DNA of 64,000 nt from an uncultured Thermoplasmata archaeon (GTDB lineage Archaea; Thermoplasmatota; Thermoplasmata; Lutacidiplasmatales; UBA184): positions 142,568 through 206,567 of the forward strand of contig CAVVLV010000001.1 in assembly GCA_963749235.1 (NCBI GenBank). Reading direction: 5' to 3'. A program made the translations under genes and the position numbers. Below are positions 1 through 9,682 of this stretch, one piece after another. How positions within the stretch are numbered: the stretch's first letter is position 1; each line of letters starts with the position of its first letter. The notes beneath the pieces are model-generated. The model saw nothing but the letters and a program-made list of their open reading frames with translations, searched no databases and was not told the origin of the DNA.

Positions 1-625
1 GGTCGCGATGCTTCATCAGCCGGACCCGTCGGCGGGGTCCCGGCAGGCGTTCGAAGAAGAGGATCGTCTTGGCGGCGTGGTTGAGGAAGGAGCCCCCGAG
101 CGGTTCGAGCCGGTCCTCCCGCATGCTGCGCCAGACCTGGTTCGTGAAGATCACCGTGAGGTGCGCCTCGAGTGCGGTCCGCACGAGCTCCGCGATCTCG
201 AGCGAGAGCGCTTGGCGGGCATCGTCCTCGTCCGGTCCCGAGAGGGAGAGCCGGTAGTAGGAGGTCGCCGAATCGACCACCAAGAGGCCCACGGGCCGCT
301 TTCCCTCCCGGGCGAGGGCGCAGGCAGTGCGGACGGCCGCCCCCAGTTCGTCCAGGGTCTTGGGGGTCGAGAGGAGGAACCGCTTCAGGATCTTCTCGAG
401 GCCGTCGCCCGCGACGGCCCGGAGCCGGTCGACGCTGACCCCTTCAGTGTCGACGTAGAAGACCCACCGGCCCTCTCGTGCGACCCGATAGGCGACCTGG
501 AGGCAGAACAGGGTCTTCCCACTCCCACCTTCCCCGTACAGTTCGGTGACCGAGTCGGTCTCGAGGCCGCCGCCCAGGAGTCGGTCGACCGACGTGATCC
601 CCGTCGGCAAGCGGTCCGGTTCCAC
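1..625 (-). CDS. radB: RadB recombinase paralogue; C-terminal end cut by window edge
   Basis: Own reverse-strand translation from GTG at 625: (M)EPDRLPTGITSVDRLLGGGLETDSVTELYGEGGSGKTLFCLQVAYRVAREGRWVFYVDTEG... Walker A lies about 25 aa from the N-terminus and there is no HhH N-domain, which fits RadB rather than RadA. It is not in the ORF track because no stop lies inside the window; the 8..679 + ORF is its antisense shadow. Confidence 0.8.
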   Translation of the reverse strand, partial: MEPDRLPTGITSVDRLLGGGLETDSVTELYGEGGSGKTLFCLQVAYRVAREGRWVFYVDTEGVSVDRLRAVAGDGLEKILKRFLLSTPKTLDELGAAVRTACALAREGKRPVGLLVVDSATSYYRLSLSGPDEDDARQALSLEIAELVRTALEAHLTVIFTNQVWRSMREDRLEPLGGSFLNHAAKTILFFERLPGPRRRVRLMKHRD

Positions 626-778
626 GAGGGTCGGGAGGGGCCCGGCGACTTAGCGACTATGGACGGCTCCGCGCGCTAGGATGGCCCGGCCGTTCGACCG
701 CGGAGCGGCCGAATCCCTCCTCCCGGCGTACCGAGGCGGCCCGTGTTTCGGGGCGGCCGATGGGACGGGTCGCCTGCC

Positions 779-2128
779 TTAGCGCGCGGCCGCGATCGGG
801 TAGGCGCGGCCGAGCTCGGGCGGGCGAACGGTCGGTCCCGCCACCTCGAACGCTTCGGGATGTTCCGTGTGGATGGGGTAGACGGTCCGGGCGCCCGTGG
901 TCCGGATCAATTCGAGCAGCTCGGCCCCCGACGCGTGCCCGCTCGCGTGCATCTGGTGGAACTGGAGCCCGAAGTGGTCGAGCCAGTTGTGCAGGACGTG
1001 GTCGGAGACGTCGTCCTCGCTGAACGGCTCGCTCATCGAGTGGATGAACGGGCTCCGCCGCGCCGGACGCAGGTCGATGAGCTCCGGGAAGTGGGCGAAG
1101 TCGAGGGCGAGCAGGTACTCCCGGCCCCGCTCGCGGACCTCGTCGGCGGTGAGCGCGGAGTCGAGGAACGGCCGCTCCCAGAGGAAGGTCATCCGCTTCT
1201 TCCGCGCGTAGACGCGTACGTGGGGCGAACTCCCCGGCACCGGAACCGTGTGGGGAGGGAACCGCGGCGCGACCGCCGTCAAGAGATGCGCGGTCCGAAC
1301 GGAGACGACCAGGTCCCGCCCCGCCTCGGCCGCGGCCGCGTGGAGCGTGGTCAGGCGGTCGATGTCTCGGGGATACGTGCAGGCGAGCGCGAGGTCGTGA
1401 TGATCCCGTAGGACGGTGTCGACCCCGCGGCGGACCCCCTCCTCCGTGAGGTTCCGTCGGGGGTCCGGCCCCGCCCGGGTCCCTTCGATGAGGAGCGCGT
1501 CGACCCCCTCCTTCGCCACCGCCTCGAAGAACCGGTGCGTGTCGCCGGCCCGGGGTCCGTGGTGGCGGAAGTCGCCGGTGTAGGCGAGCGTGCCGCCGCT
1601 CGTTCGGACGAGGAACCCGTAGGCGAACGGGATCGAATGGTCGACGGGAAAGGGGACCACCTCGATCCGACCGATCCGGATCGGGGTGCGGTCGGAGAAG
1701 ACCTTCCAGGGATGGTCGCCGTACTTCATCCGGGTCGATCGTTCGATCGCCTCGAGCAACGTGCGGGTCCCCTCGCCGACGTAGACGGGGATCTCCGGGT
1801 CGATGAGATGCAGGTAGCCCGCGTGGTCGGCGTGGGCGTGGGTGACGAAGATCGCGTGGACCTGGGGTGCGGTGTACGCGAGGTCGGCGTCCCCGAGCGC
1901 CTCCTTCGAGTACAGTCCGGGCAGGCGGGGGATGAGGTCGAACTCGAGGAGGTCCTTCGCCGGACACATCGTCCGCGGCTGGAGGTAGTCGACGTAGTAC
2001 TCCTCCATCCGGGGGGAGAAGGACGGTCCGAAATCGAACAGGACCTTGTCGGGGCCGTCCTCGATGAGGATCTTGTTGCCTCCGATCTCTCGGACGCCTC
2101 CCAGGAACCGGACGGTCGGGTCCGCCAC
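779..2128 (-). CDS. rnj: archaeal RNase J (metallo-beta-lactamase/beta-CASP ribonuclease)
   Basis: 449 aa ORF with the HxHxDH motif (VTHAHADHAG) and N-terminal LGGVREIGGNKILIE. Size matches archaeal RNase J. Confidence 0.8.
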   Translation of the reverse strand: MADPTVRFLGGVREIGGNKILIEDGPDKVLFDFGPSFSPRMEEYYVDYLQPRTMCPAKDLLEFDLIPRLPGLYSKEALGDADLAYTAPQVHAIFVTHAHADHAGYLHLIDPEIPVYVGEGTRTLLEAIERSTRMKYGDHPWKVFSDRTPIRIGRIEVVPFPVDHSIPFAYGFLVRTSGGTLAYTGDFRHHGPRAGDTHRFFEAVAKEGVDALLIEGTRAGPDPRRNLTEEGVRRGVDTVLRDHHDLALACTYPRDIDRLTTLHAAAAEAGRDLVVSVRTAHLLTAVAPRFPPHTVPVPGSSPHVRVYARKKRMTFLWERPFLDSALTADEVRERGREYLLALDFAHFPELIDLRPARRSPFIHSMSEPFSEDDVSDHVLHNWLDHFGLQFHQMHASGHASGAELLELIRTTGARTVYPIHTEHPEAFEVAGPTVRPPELGRAYPIAAAR

Positions 2129-2213
2129 GGGGCCCCGAACCGGCCGGTAGGGAAACGGTTTGTCGCCGGACGGTCGGAGAGGTTTTTCCTCCTTCCGCCC
2201 TCGGAACTATTCG

Positions 2214-3068
2214 ATGGCGCGCTCTCCTTCCCCCAGCGCTCGCTCCGTCGGCCCCCCGGGGCGGTCGCCCAATCGGCGGGCAACGGTCGACGAACACCGG
2301 GCGGTCCTCCGGGCGGCCCGTACGCTCGCGGGCGAGCTCGACCCGGAAGGACGGCACGCGGTCCTGCTGGCGGGAAGCTGGGCCCGTGGGGATGCCCACG
2401 TCGCCTCCGATGTCGACCTGTGGGTGGTCGGCGGACGAGGTCGCGAACGGGTGGAGAACCTCGAACGGGACGGGCGGTATGTCTCGGTGAAGTACCTGCC
2501 GGTCGCGACGGCGCGCCGGGAGTTCCGGGACCCGGCCCGGTTCGACGGGGCCGTGTCGGGCTGGCGGATCGCTCGCGTCCTCCGGGACCCGACCGGGGTG
2601 GCCGCCCGACTGAAGCGGGAGGCCCGGGCGTTCCGCTGGGAACGGGTCCGCCGGACCCGGGATGCCTACGTCGCCGACCAGCTCGCCGGCTGGGCCGAGG
2701 AGGTCCTGAAGCTCCTCCGGGCCCATGAGACCGACGAGCGGGAGACGGCCTCCGTCCAGAGGAACCTGCTCGCGAACCGCATGGCGGTCCTCCGGGCGCT
2801 GGAACTCGAGATCCTGTGGGATACCGAGAACGGCCTCTGGGAGAGGACGGCCCGCCGGGCCGGGCGGGCTTTCCGGGTCGCCCAACGAGCGGCGCTCGGA
2901 ACGGACGGCGGCCCGTGGGAAGCGAGCTTGGAAGGCGCCCTCCGCTTGTACTCCGTGGTGGCCCGGGCGAGCCGGCCGCTCTTGCGGGGCGAGAATCGAC
3001 GGATCGTGGCGATGGCCTGCCGCCGGGCGGGCTATCCGATCGAGACGAGAGCGACCCGACGGCGCTAG
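2214..3068 (+). CDS. nucleotidyltransferase-domain protein (Pol-beta-like NTase fold)
   Basis: ORF 2160..3068. LLAGSWARGDAHVASDVDLWVV matches the GS...DxD minimal NTase motif. The start is uncertain between ATG 2214 and 2160. Confidence 0.6.
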   Translation: MARSPSPSARSVGPPGRSPNRRATVDEHRAVLRAARTLAGELDPEGRHAVLLAGSWARGDAHVASDVDLWVVGGRGRERVENLERDGRYVSVKYLPVATARREFRDPARFDGAVSGWRIARVLRDPTGVAARLKREARAFRWERVRRTRDAYVADQLAGWAEEVLKLLRAHETDERETASVQRNLLANRMAVLRALELEILWDTENGLWERTARRAGRAFRVAQRAALGTDGGPWEASLEGALRLYSVVARASRPLLRGENRRIVAMACRRAGYPIETRATRRR

Positions 3069-3199
3069 CGCGCCTTCAGGACCTTCTTCACGTTCGGGTG
3101 CTCCTTCGTGAAGATCTTCCCGCCGCAGTTGTCGCAGCGGACGCCGAAGAGGTTCGCGTCGGAGGGCAGGGCCTCCTGGCAGCGGATGCACCGGAACAT
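3065..3199 (-). CDS. rpoP: DNA-directed RNA polymerase subunit P (Rpo12)
   Basis: 44 aa micro-ORF found by hand, below the ORF-track size cutoff: MFRCIRCQEALPSDANLFGVRCDNCGGKIFTKEHPNVKKVLKAR. It has a CxxC...CxxC zinc ribbon and lies directly downstream of rpl37ae, as in the conserved archaeal superoperon. Confidence 0.8.
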   Translation of the reverse strand: MFRCIRCQEALPSDANLFGVRCDNCGGKIFTKEHPNVKKVLKAR

Positions 3200-3223
3200 G
3201 GTGTTTTCAGCGAGCCGGGCACC

Positions 3224-3496
3224 TTAAGCGTTGCCCGGCGCCGCCTCCTTTGCTTCCGCCCGGGTGATGGCCGGGGGCGCTTCGAAGACGTAGGCGTTGG
3301 ACGCGAAGCGGGTGCCGCAGCGACGGCATTCGAAGATGCCGCTCGCGACCCGTTGCATCGTCATCGTGGAGCAGCGCGGGCACCCGGCGGGGCGCTGCAT
3401 GTTGTGCGAGATCTCGAGGACCCGGCGCCGGATCCGAATGCCGTACCGCGGTCCCATCCAGCCGGTCGCGCCGACCTTCTTCGTCCGCTTGCTCAT
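3224..3496 (-). CDS. rpl37ae: 50S ribosomal protein L37Ae (eL43)
   Basis: 90 aa: MSKRTKKVGATGWMGPRYGIRIRRR...CPRC...CRRCG zinc ribbon. Its ATG overlaps the rrp42 stop (ATGA). Confidence 0.95.
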   Translation of the reverse strand: MSKRTKKVGATGWMGPRYGIRIRRRVLEISHNMQRPAGCPRCSTMTMQRVASGIFECRRCGTRFASNAYVFEAPPAITRAEAKEAAPGNA

Positions 3497-4282
3497 GGGC
3501 GGCCTCCCTGGATGTGGGCGCGCATCTTGTCGCCGTGGACGAACGCCCGCCGGACGATCTCCCGGACGTCGTCCGGAGAGAAGGCACCGACGAGGCCCTT
3601 CTGCATCGCGACGACCCGCCCGGTCTCGTCGGTGGCTACGGTGAGGCGGCCCTGGGCGGCCTGCTCCTCATCGAACGTCGGGTCGACGACGATCGCCTCG
3701 CCAAGGCGAACGAACGTGGATTCGACCGGGACGTGCTGGACGTCGAGCTTGTAGTCGGCTTCCGCGACCCCGAACCGCTTCGCGGGGACCATCGCGTGGG
3801 CGAGGGCCGTGACGCCGGCGAGCATCGCGGCGTCGATGAGGTTCCCCGAGTGGTCGATGACGTGGAGGTCGACGTAGCAGACCCACGTCTTCTCGCCCGG
3901 CGTAACGCACAGGCGGGTCAGGTCGATCGCCTCGGCCGCGCGGATGGCGCGGTCGACGACCCGCGAGACCTCGATGGCCCCCGGCTGAGGGGGTCCGGGC
4001 TCGAAGACGGGCGAGGAGAGGGGGATGAGCTCGGCGTTGGTCGTGAGGACGCCGGCGTTGGGCGTGTCGGGGAACGGCTTGCCCAACTCGAGCTTGACGC
4101 CCGCGACGACGGCCGTGTCGCCGATGCGGACCAGGGCGGAGCCGTCCGCGGTCTCCACGAACCCGGGCTCGATGACGACGTTCCGGGTACTCGTCCGGAC
4201 CGCGTCCGTCCAAGCGCTTTCCCGTCGCCGCGAGGTCCAGGATATGGGTCGTGCGGATCTCGGCCGCGACCTCGTCCCTCAT
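3493..4282 (-). pseudogene. rrp42: exosome subunit Rrp42, frame broken by one extra base near 4186 (may be an assembly error)
   Basis: The N-terminus MRDEVAAEIRTTHILDLAATGKRLDGRGPDEY starts at ATG 4282, which overlaps the rrp41 stop as ATGA, and is in one frame. The remainder, RNVVIEPGFVETADGSALVRIGDT... to the stop at 3493, is in the next frame. The span is 790 nt (3n+1). Removing one C from coding-strand GAGTACCCGG restores a 262 aa RNase-PH-like Rrp42. The ORF-track entry 3493..4158 is only the GTG-started 3' part. Confidence 0.85.
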
Positions 4283-5031
4283 TGGCCCCCCGGGGCGAAG
4301 CGAGCGGTCGTGTAGCGGTCCCGAAGCGCCTGCTTCATCTTCTCGTAGATGACGCGGCATCCCTGGACGCCCAGGTCGAGTGACTGGGAGAGCTCCTCCG
4401 GCGTCATGTGGCCCTCCATCTGGATCAGCACGAGGCGGCCCGACTGGGGCACCAGGGCCATCGGGAGGTCGGCCTCGCCGAAGTTGTCCTCCTCCTTCCG
4501 GAGGTCGAGGGCGATCTTACCGGCGATCTTTCCCACCGCGACGGCGGGCAGGAGGTCGGCCATCGGGATGCCCGCGTCCGCGAGCGCGACCGACGCGGCG
4601 ACCAGACCCGCACAGCGCGTGCCGGCGTTCGCCTGAAGGACCTCGATGTAGACGTCAATGCTGGTGCGGGGATACTCCTCCGCGAAGACCACCGACTCGA
4701 ACGCTTCGGCGATGACTTTGGAGATCTCCTGGGAGCGGCGGTCGAGGCCGGGGCGTTTCCGCTCGTCGACCGAGAAGGCCGCCATGTTGTACTTGCACTG
4801 GATGACCGCCTTGTTGTTCTGCTGAAGGTGGCGAGGGTGGACCTCGCGCGGTCCGTAGACCGCCGCCATCACCTTGTTCATGCCCCATTCGACGAACGCC
4901 GAGCCGTCGGCCTGGTGCAGGGGACCGGCCTGGATGCGGATCGGTCGAAGCTCGTCCAATCGTCGTCCGTCGATCCGCAGCCCTTCCGGGCTCAGCAGGA
5001 CCGGGACGTCCTTTGCTCCTACGCTTCCCAT
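4279..5031 (-). CDS. rrp41: exosome catalytic subunit Rrp41 (RNase PH family)
   Basis: 250 aa with GLRIDGRRLDELRPIRIQAGPL...ADGSAFVEWG, the typical Rrp41 N-terminus, in operon context. Confidence 0.95.
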   Translation of the reverse strand: MGSVGAKDVPVLLSPEGLRIDGRRLDELRPIRIQAGPLHQADGSAFVEWGMNKVMAAVYGPREVHPRHLQQNNKAVIQCKYNMAAFSVDERKRPGLDRRSQEISKVIAEAFESVVFAEEYPRTSIDVYIEVLQANAGTRCAGLVAASVALADAGIPMADLLPAVAVGKIAGKIALDLRKEEDNFGEADLPMALVPQSGRLVLIQMEGHMTPEELSQSLDLGVQGCRVIYEKMKQALRDRYTTARFAPGGQ

Positions 5032-5052
5032 GGTTTGTTGCTCCTTGGAATT

Positions 5053-5916
5053 TCAGTACTCGGGGGACCCGCCGTCGGAATCGTCCGCATCGAACTCCCC
5101 CGGCGCGGGCGGGGCCGGCGGCGGAAGTTCGTGGGGGAGGACGTCGCGGTGCGCGCTCTCCCGGGGCGGGACCTCGGGGCCCTGCTCGTCGGTCGAATCG
5201 GTGGCGACGAGGTAGCTCTCGACCCGCTCGCTGAGTCCGGCCCGCTGGCCCTCCTCATCGATGAGACGGAGCGTTTCCCGCACCCGCTGGATCGCGTCGG
5301 GGTTGCCCCCGACCCAGATCCGCCCGTTCTGGCCGATGGCGATCTGCGCACCGGTGTGGCGCGTGATCGTCTGGATCATGGAACCGCTCCGCCCGACGAT
5401 GCGGGGGACGCGGGCGGGCGAGACGACCACGATCGTCCCCCCCTCGAGCTTGCCCAGGCCTTCGCCGAGCATCGTGACGCCGATCCGGCCGGTGGCGTCC
5501 AGGCTCTCGACCCGGACGACCACGGACTCGCCGACGTGCAGGAACCGGTCCGTCTCTCCGATGTCGACCTTCCACGGGGTCCCGGTCATATGAAGCGGGG
5601 CCCAGCGGGGCGCGCCGATGTCCAAGAGCCAGAACGTCCCTTGGCAGTCGGTGACCGTGCCGATGACGGTGTCGTTCGCCTTCGGAATGTATCGGCCCGA
5701 CAACGGGATGACCTGGACGAACGGGGGTCGGGGCGAGAGCAGGCCCAGCACGCTGGCATAGACCTTGCCGCCCACGCGGTAGGTTCCCGTGCCGGGCTTC
5801 AAGCCCTGGCTCGGGAGCTCCTCACCGGGGAGAACTAGTACGCGATCCCCGGAGGGATGCGAGGACGAATCCTCGCGGCCACGCCGACGGTGGCCCGATC
5901 GATGACCTTGGGACAT
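5053..5916 (-). CDS. rrp4: exosome RNA-binding subunit Rrp4 (S1 + KH domains) with acidic/Pro-rich C-terminal tail
   Basis: 287 aa. S1-like YIPKANDTVIGTVTD and KH-like VPRIVGRSGSMIQTI segments; position between sdo1 and rrp41. Confidence 0.9.
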   Translation of the reverse strand: MSQGHRSGHRRRGREDSSSHPSGDRVLVLPGEELPSQGLKPGTGTYRVGGKVYASVLGLLSPRPPFVQVIPLSGRYIPKANDTVIGTVTDCQGTFWLLDIGAPRWAPLHMTGTPWKVDIGETDRFLHVGESVVVRVESLDATGRIGVTMLGEGLGKLEGGTIVVVSPARVPRIVGRSGSMIQTITRHTGAQIAIGQNGRIWVGGNPDAIQRVRETLRLIDEEGQRAGLSERVESYLVATDSTDEQGPEVPPRESAHRDVLPHELPPPAPPAPGEFDADDSDGGSPEY

Positions 5917-5952
5917 TGTGTGTGTTGCACCGGGCCGTCCGACCGGGGTTCG

Positions 5953-6669
5953 CTATTTAACCAAAGCGGTCTCGGCGGCCCCGCGCGTGCGCGCATTCAG
6001 CTTCTCGTAGAGCTCGGTCTGTACGCCGGCGGGGATCTCGATGATCCCGGACCAAGCCCCGTCCCCCATCCACTGTTCCTCGAGGATCCGGCCGAGCCCC
6101 TTCAGCTCGCCGATCACCCGGGGGTAGTGTTGGGCCGGCAGGCGGATCCGCACCTTCACGACGTCGAGACGGATCGGCAGGAGGGGGCGGAGCTTCGCGA
6201 GCACCTCCTGGACCTGGGCGTCCACCGGCTTGAACGGGTCGATGTGGACCTTCGCTTCGACCATGGCGGCTTCGATGCGGGCCGACGGATGGGGGGCGCC
6301 GGTTTGGGGGTTCATTGCATTGCGGGCGATCGTCTGCACGATCTGGCGGTGCTTCACCGCCTGGAGCTGGTGTCGCTGCTCCGTCGTGACCTGGACCTCC
6401 CCCTTCAGGATGATCTGCTTTGCGATCGCGACGAAATCCCGGGTGTGGAAGATCTTCTCGAGGTACTCTTCCGAGACCTTGTCGCCCTTCTTGACGTCCT
6501 TGTAGACCTGGTCCAAGGGGAGCTTCTCGGCGAGGTTGACCTCCTTCCCCTCCTTGAGATCCTGGACCGCGAGGGGGTCCACGAGGACCTCGAAGCGCGA
6601 GCCGCCCGTCTCCCAACGGGCGATGACCGCGTCCTCGACCTTTACCATCGGGGGGGCCCCGCCGTCCAC
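5953..6669 (-). CDS. sdo1: ribosome maturation protein SDO1 (SBDS family)
   Basis: 238 aa with VIARWETGGSRFEVLVDP...KDVKKGDKVSEE, typical of SBDS. The start is GTG 6669 or ATG 6648. Confidence 0.9.
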   Translation of the reverse strand: MDGGAPPMVKVEDAVIARWETGGSRFEVLVDPLAVQDLKEGKEVNLAEKLPLDQVYKDVKKGDKVSEEYLEKIFHTRDFVAIAKQIILKGEVQVTTEQRHQLQAVKHRQIVQTIARNAMNPQTGAPHPSARIEAAMVEAKVHIDPFKPVDAQVQEVLAKLRPLLPIRLDVVKVRIRLPAQHYPRVIGELKGLGRILEEQWMGDGAWSGIIEIPAGVQTELYEKLNARTRGAAETALVK

Positions 6670-7424
6670 TAGGGGCGGTTCGCGCGTCCCGACGGGCTGG
6701 CCGCGGGAAGGCGACCGGCGTACTTCTGGATCTCGTCGGACGCGAGCCGGGTCATGCCCCGGCCGACGTCCATGGTGCAGACCTCGACCTGGGCGAGGCT
6801 TCCGCCCTCATCGAGGCCGGCGCGCAATCCCTCGAGCGCGAGAAGGATTGCCGCGTCGCGGTCCATGCCGGGTTTGTACTTCTGCTCGAAGAGCTCCATG
6901 ACGGGGCCCTTGTTGCCGCCGGTGCTGGCGGCCCGGAAACTGGTGAGCGATCCGGACGGCTCCGTCTCGAACAGCCGGATGCCGGAGTCGTCGTACCCTC
7001 CGACCAGGAGGGCCGTTCCGAACGGCCGCACGCCGCCGAACTGGGTGTACTGTTGCTTGTAGTCGCAGACCTTGCGCACGAGCAGCTCCACCGACATCGG
7101 CTCGGAGTAGGTGACGCGGTTGACCTGAGCGGCCAGGCGTGCGTAATCGACCAGGACCCGAGCGTCCGCGACGAGTCCCGCCGTGGCGCAGGCGATGTTC
7201 TCGTCGATCTGGTGGATCTTCTCCAGGCTCGCGGCCTCGGCGAGCTTCGGGTTCGGGATCCGGCGGTCGGCGATGAGCGCCAGGCCCCCGTTGTAGACGA
7301 CCCCCGCCGTGGTCGCGCCCCGTCGGACGGCCTCGCGGGCGTACTCGACCTGGAACAGTCGGCCGTCGGGCGAGAAGACCGTGATGGCCCGGTCGTAGGC
7401 CATCTGCCCGGGTTGCATCTCCAT
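6669..7424 (-). CDS. psmA: proteasome subunit alpha
   Basis: 251 aa with YDRAITVFSPDGRLFQVEYAREAV, the signature N-terminus. First gene of the superoperon. Confidence 0.95.
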   Translation of the reverse strand: MEMQPGQMAYDRAITVFSPDGRLFQVEYAREAVRRGATTAGVVYNGGLALIADRRIPNPKLAEAASLEKIHQIDENIACATAGLVADARVLVDYARLAAQVNRVTYSEPMSVELLVRKVCDYKQQYTQFGGVRPFGTALLVGGYDDSGIRLFETEPSGSLTSFRAASTGGNKGPVMELFEQKYKPGMDRDAAILLALEGLRAGLDEGGSLAQVEVCTMDVGRGMTRLASDEIQKYAGRLPAASPSGRANRP

Positions 7425-7455
7425 CGGTGCCGCCTCGCCCGGGCACTCGGGCCCC

Positions 7456-7464
7456 CTTTATAAG
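7456..7464 (-). promoter_or_regulatory. TATA-box-like element upstream of psmA superoperon
   Basis: CTTTATAAG is the only A/T-rich patch in the intergenic region, centred about 36 nt upstream of the psmA ATG (7424). Confidence 0.45.
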
Positions 7465-7576
7465 AAGAACCGGCGCGGTTACGCGTCCGTCATCCGGTTA
7501 CGACGCGTCGGCGTCGGCCGGGCCGATTCCGAGGGGTCCGACAACGGTAAGAGCGGGGGCGCCGGACGAGGGGGGA

Positions 7577-9682
7577 ATGACGGACGCCCCGAAGACCCTG
7601 CGCGCGCACCGTCTCGAAGGGGCAACTTCTACCTATCTCCGGGCCGCGGCCGAGCAGCCGATCGATTGGTTCCCGTGGGGGCCCGAACCGTTCGAGCTCG
7701 CGAAGCGGACCGGCCGCCCGATCCTCCTTGACGTCGGCGCGTCGTGGTGCCACTGGTGCCACGTGATGGACGAGGGGACGTACGCGGATCCGGAAGTGGC
7801 CCGCCTCCTCGGTCAGCACTTCATCGCGGTCAAGGTCGACCGCGACGAGAACCCCGAGGTCGACCGTCGGTACCAGCGTCAGGTCGGCGCCCTCACCGGC
7901 GAGGGGGGTTGGCCGCTCACCGCCTTCCTGACGCCAGCGGGCGACGTCTTCCTCGGCGGCACGTACTTCCCCCCGACGGACGGACACGGCCGGCCCGGAT
8001 TCCGGCGCGTGCTCTCTGAAGTGGCGCGGCTCTGGAAGGATGAGCCCGAGCGGATCCGGGAGAACTCGCAGGCGATCCAAGGCGCGCTCGAGCGCATGAA
8101 GGCGTCCCGCGCGCACGGGAGCGCGACGCTCGACGAACTGCTGTCGGCTGTGATCTCCCAGGTGCACTCGAGCTACGACCCGGTGAACGGGGGGTTCGGG
8201 ATGGCGCCCAAGTTCCCCCACCCCACGGCGATCTCGCTCCTCCTCTGGGACGCGTTCGCCCACCGACGCGCATCCTCCGACGAGCGGGCTCGGGAAACGC
8301 TCCTCCGGATGGCCGATGGCGGCATGTACGACCAGGTCGGCGGCGGGTTCCACCGGTATTCGGTCGACGAGGGCTGGCACATTCCCCACTTCGAGAAGAT
8401 GGGAGTGGACAACGCGGCCCTGCTCGCCACCTACGTGGAGGGGGCGCAGCGGTTCGCGGACCCCCGGCTCGAGGAGGTCGTCCGCGGGACCGTCGGCTGG
8501 GTGCGGGAGGTACTGGGCGATCCCGCCGGGGGCTTCGGATCGAGCCAGGATGCCGACAACGCCCCCGGCGATGACGGGGGGTACTTCACCTGGAGCCGGG
8601 GCGAGCTCAAGGCGGCACTCGACACCGACCAGCTTCGGTTCGTGACCCGATTCTTCGGCGTCGGCACGGAGGGGCGGATGCCCCACGACCCCGACCGCAA
8701 CGTCCTGTTCCGCATGCTCTCCCTCTCCGAAGCGGCCGAGGGAACCTCGCTCACGCGCGACCCGGCGGCGGCGCTCGGGCGCGTCCTGCTCACGTTACGA
8801 GGCGTCCGAAACCGGCGACCGACCCCGGCGGTCGATCGGGCCCTCTACGCGGATATCAACGGCCGGTTCCTCGGGGCGTTCGCCCGCGCGGGCGCGTTCC
8901 TCGGGGACACTACGATCGTGGCCGACGCGCGCCGCACCGCGGACCGTTTCCTCCGGCTCGCGTTCTCCCCGGAGCGAGGGATGGCCCACCGGCTCGACGC
9001 CGAGGGAGGCCACGGGTTCGGGCATCTCGAAGACCAGGTGGCGTTCGCGGGGGGTCTGCTCGAACTCTCGGCCACCCTGGCCGAGCCGAAATACCTCGAG
9101 ACCGCCACCCAGCTCCTCTCGCTCGTGGACCGGGAGTTTCGAGGCGAGGACGGGCTCCTCCGAGACCTCTCCCCCCGTCTGTACGACGGTCCCGCCCTCG
9201 GCGCGCTCTCCGAACCGAGCTATCCGCTCGAGGACAGTCCGCACCTCTCGGCGAATTCGGGGGCGGCCCTTGCCTTCTTGCGGCTCTCCGGACTCGTCCA
9301 CCAGGAGGAATGGCATTCGAAGGCGGTGGGACTGCTGGGTCCGATCGCGACGCGGGTCGGCCACTCGGGTCTCTTCGCCTCGGGGGCGGCTCTTGCGGCC
9401 GGCCTCGCTCGCACCGAACCGGTCACCGTCATCATCGAAGGGAAGGGACCGGACACGCAGCTGCTCCTGCGCACCGCCCGGCGCGCATGGGCGCCGATGT
9501 TGGCCGTCTTCGAGGGCCATCCACCCCCTCCGTTCTCGCTGCCGGGGGAGGTCTTCCCGGACCGGCTCGGCTCGGGGGCACGCGCCCTCGTATGCGTGGG
9601 GAACGCCTGCGCGCCGCCGATCACGAACCCGGCCGCGTTGCGCGAACGGATCGGCCTCGGGGCTGCGGCACCGGCAGGGTGA
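7577..9682 (+). CDS. thioredoxin-domain protein of the DUF255/YyaL (SSP411-like) family
   Basis: PIDWFPWGPEPFELAKRTGRPILLDVGASWCHWCHVM plus a long alpha/alpha-toroid-like C-terminus. ATG 7577 is preceded by GAGGGGGG; the ORF-track start 7427 adds Arg/Pro-rich junk. Confidence 0.85.
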   Translation: MTDAPKTLRAHRLEGATSTYLRAAAEQPIDWFPWGPEPFELAKRTGRPILLDVGASWCHWCHVMDEGTYADPEVARLLGQHFIAVKVDRDENPEVDRRYQRQVGALTGEGGWPLTAFLTPAGDVFLGGTYFPPTDGHGRPGFRRVLSEVARLWKDEPERIRENSQAIQGALERMKASRAHGSATLDELLSAVISQVHSSYDPVNGGFGMAPKFPHPTAISLLLWDAFAHRRASSDERARETLLRMADGGMYDQVGGGFHRYSVDEGWHIPHFEKMGVDNAALLATYVEGAQRFADPRLEEVVRGTVGWVREVLGDPAGGFGSSQDADNAPGDDGGYFTWSRGELKAALDTDQLRFVTRFFGVGTEGRMPHDPDRNVLFRMLSLSEAAEGTSLTRDPAAALGRVLLTLRGVRNRRPTPAVDRALYADINGRFLGAFARAGAFLGDTTIVADARRTADRFLRLAFSPERGMAHRLDAEGGHGFGHLEDQVAFAGGLLELSATLAEPKYLETATQLLSLVDREFRGEDGLLRDLSPRLYDGPALGALSEPSYPLEDSPHLSANSGAALAFLRLSGLVHQEEWHSKAVGLLGPIATRVGHSGLFASGAALAAGLARTEPVTVIIEGKGPDTQLLLRTARRAWAPMLAVFEGHPPPPFSLPGEVFPDRLGSGARALVCVGNACAPPITNPAALRERIGLGAAAPAG

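Noticed and set aside
657-3191. 844 aa ORF on the minus strand spanning RNase J and the NTase gene
   Set aside because: The translation is Arg/Pro/Gly/Ala-rich with no recognisable motifs. It overlaps well-supported genes in other frames. This is a typical high-GC open-frame artefact.
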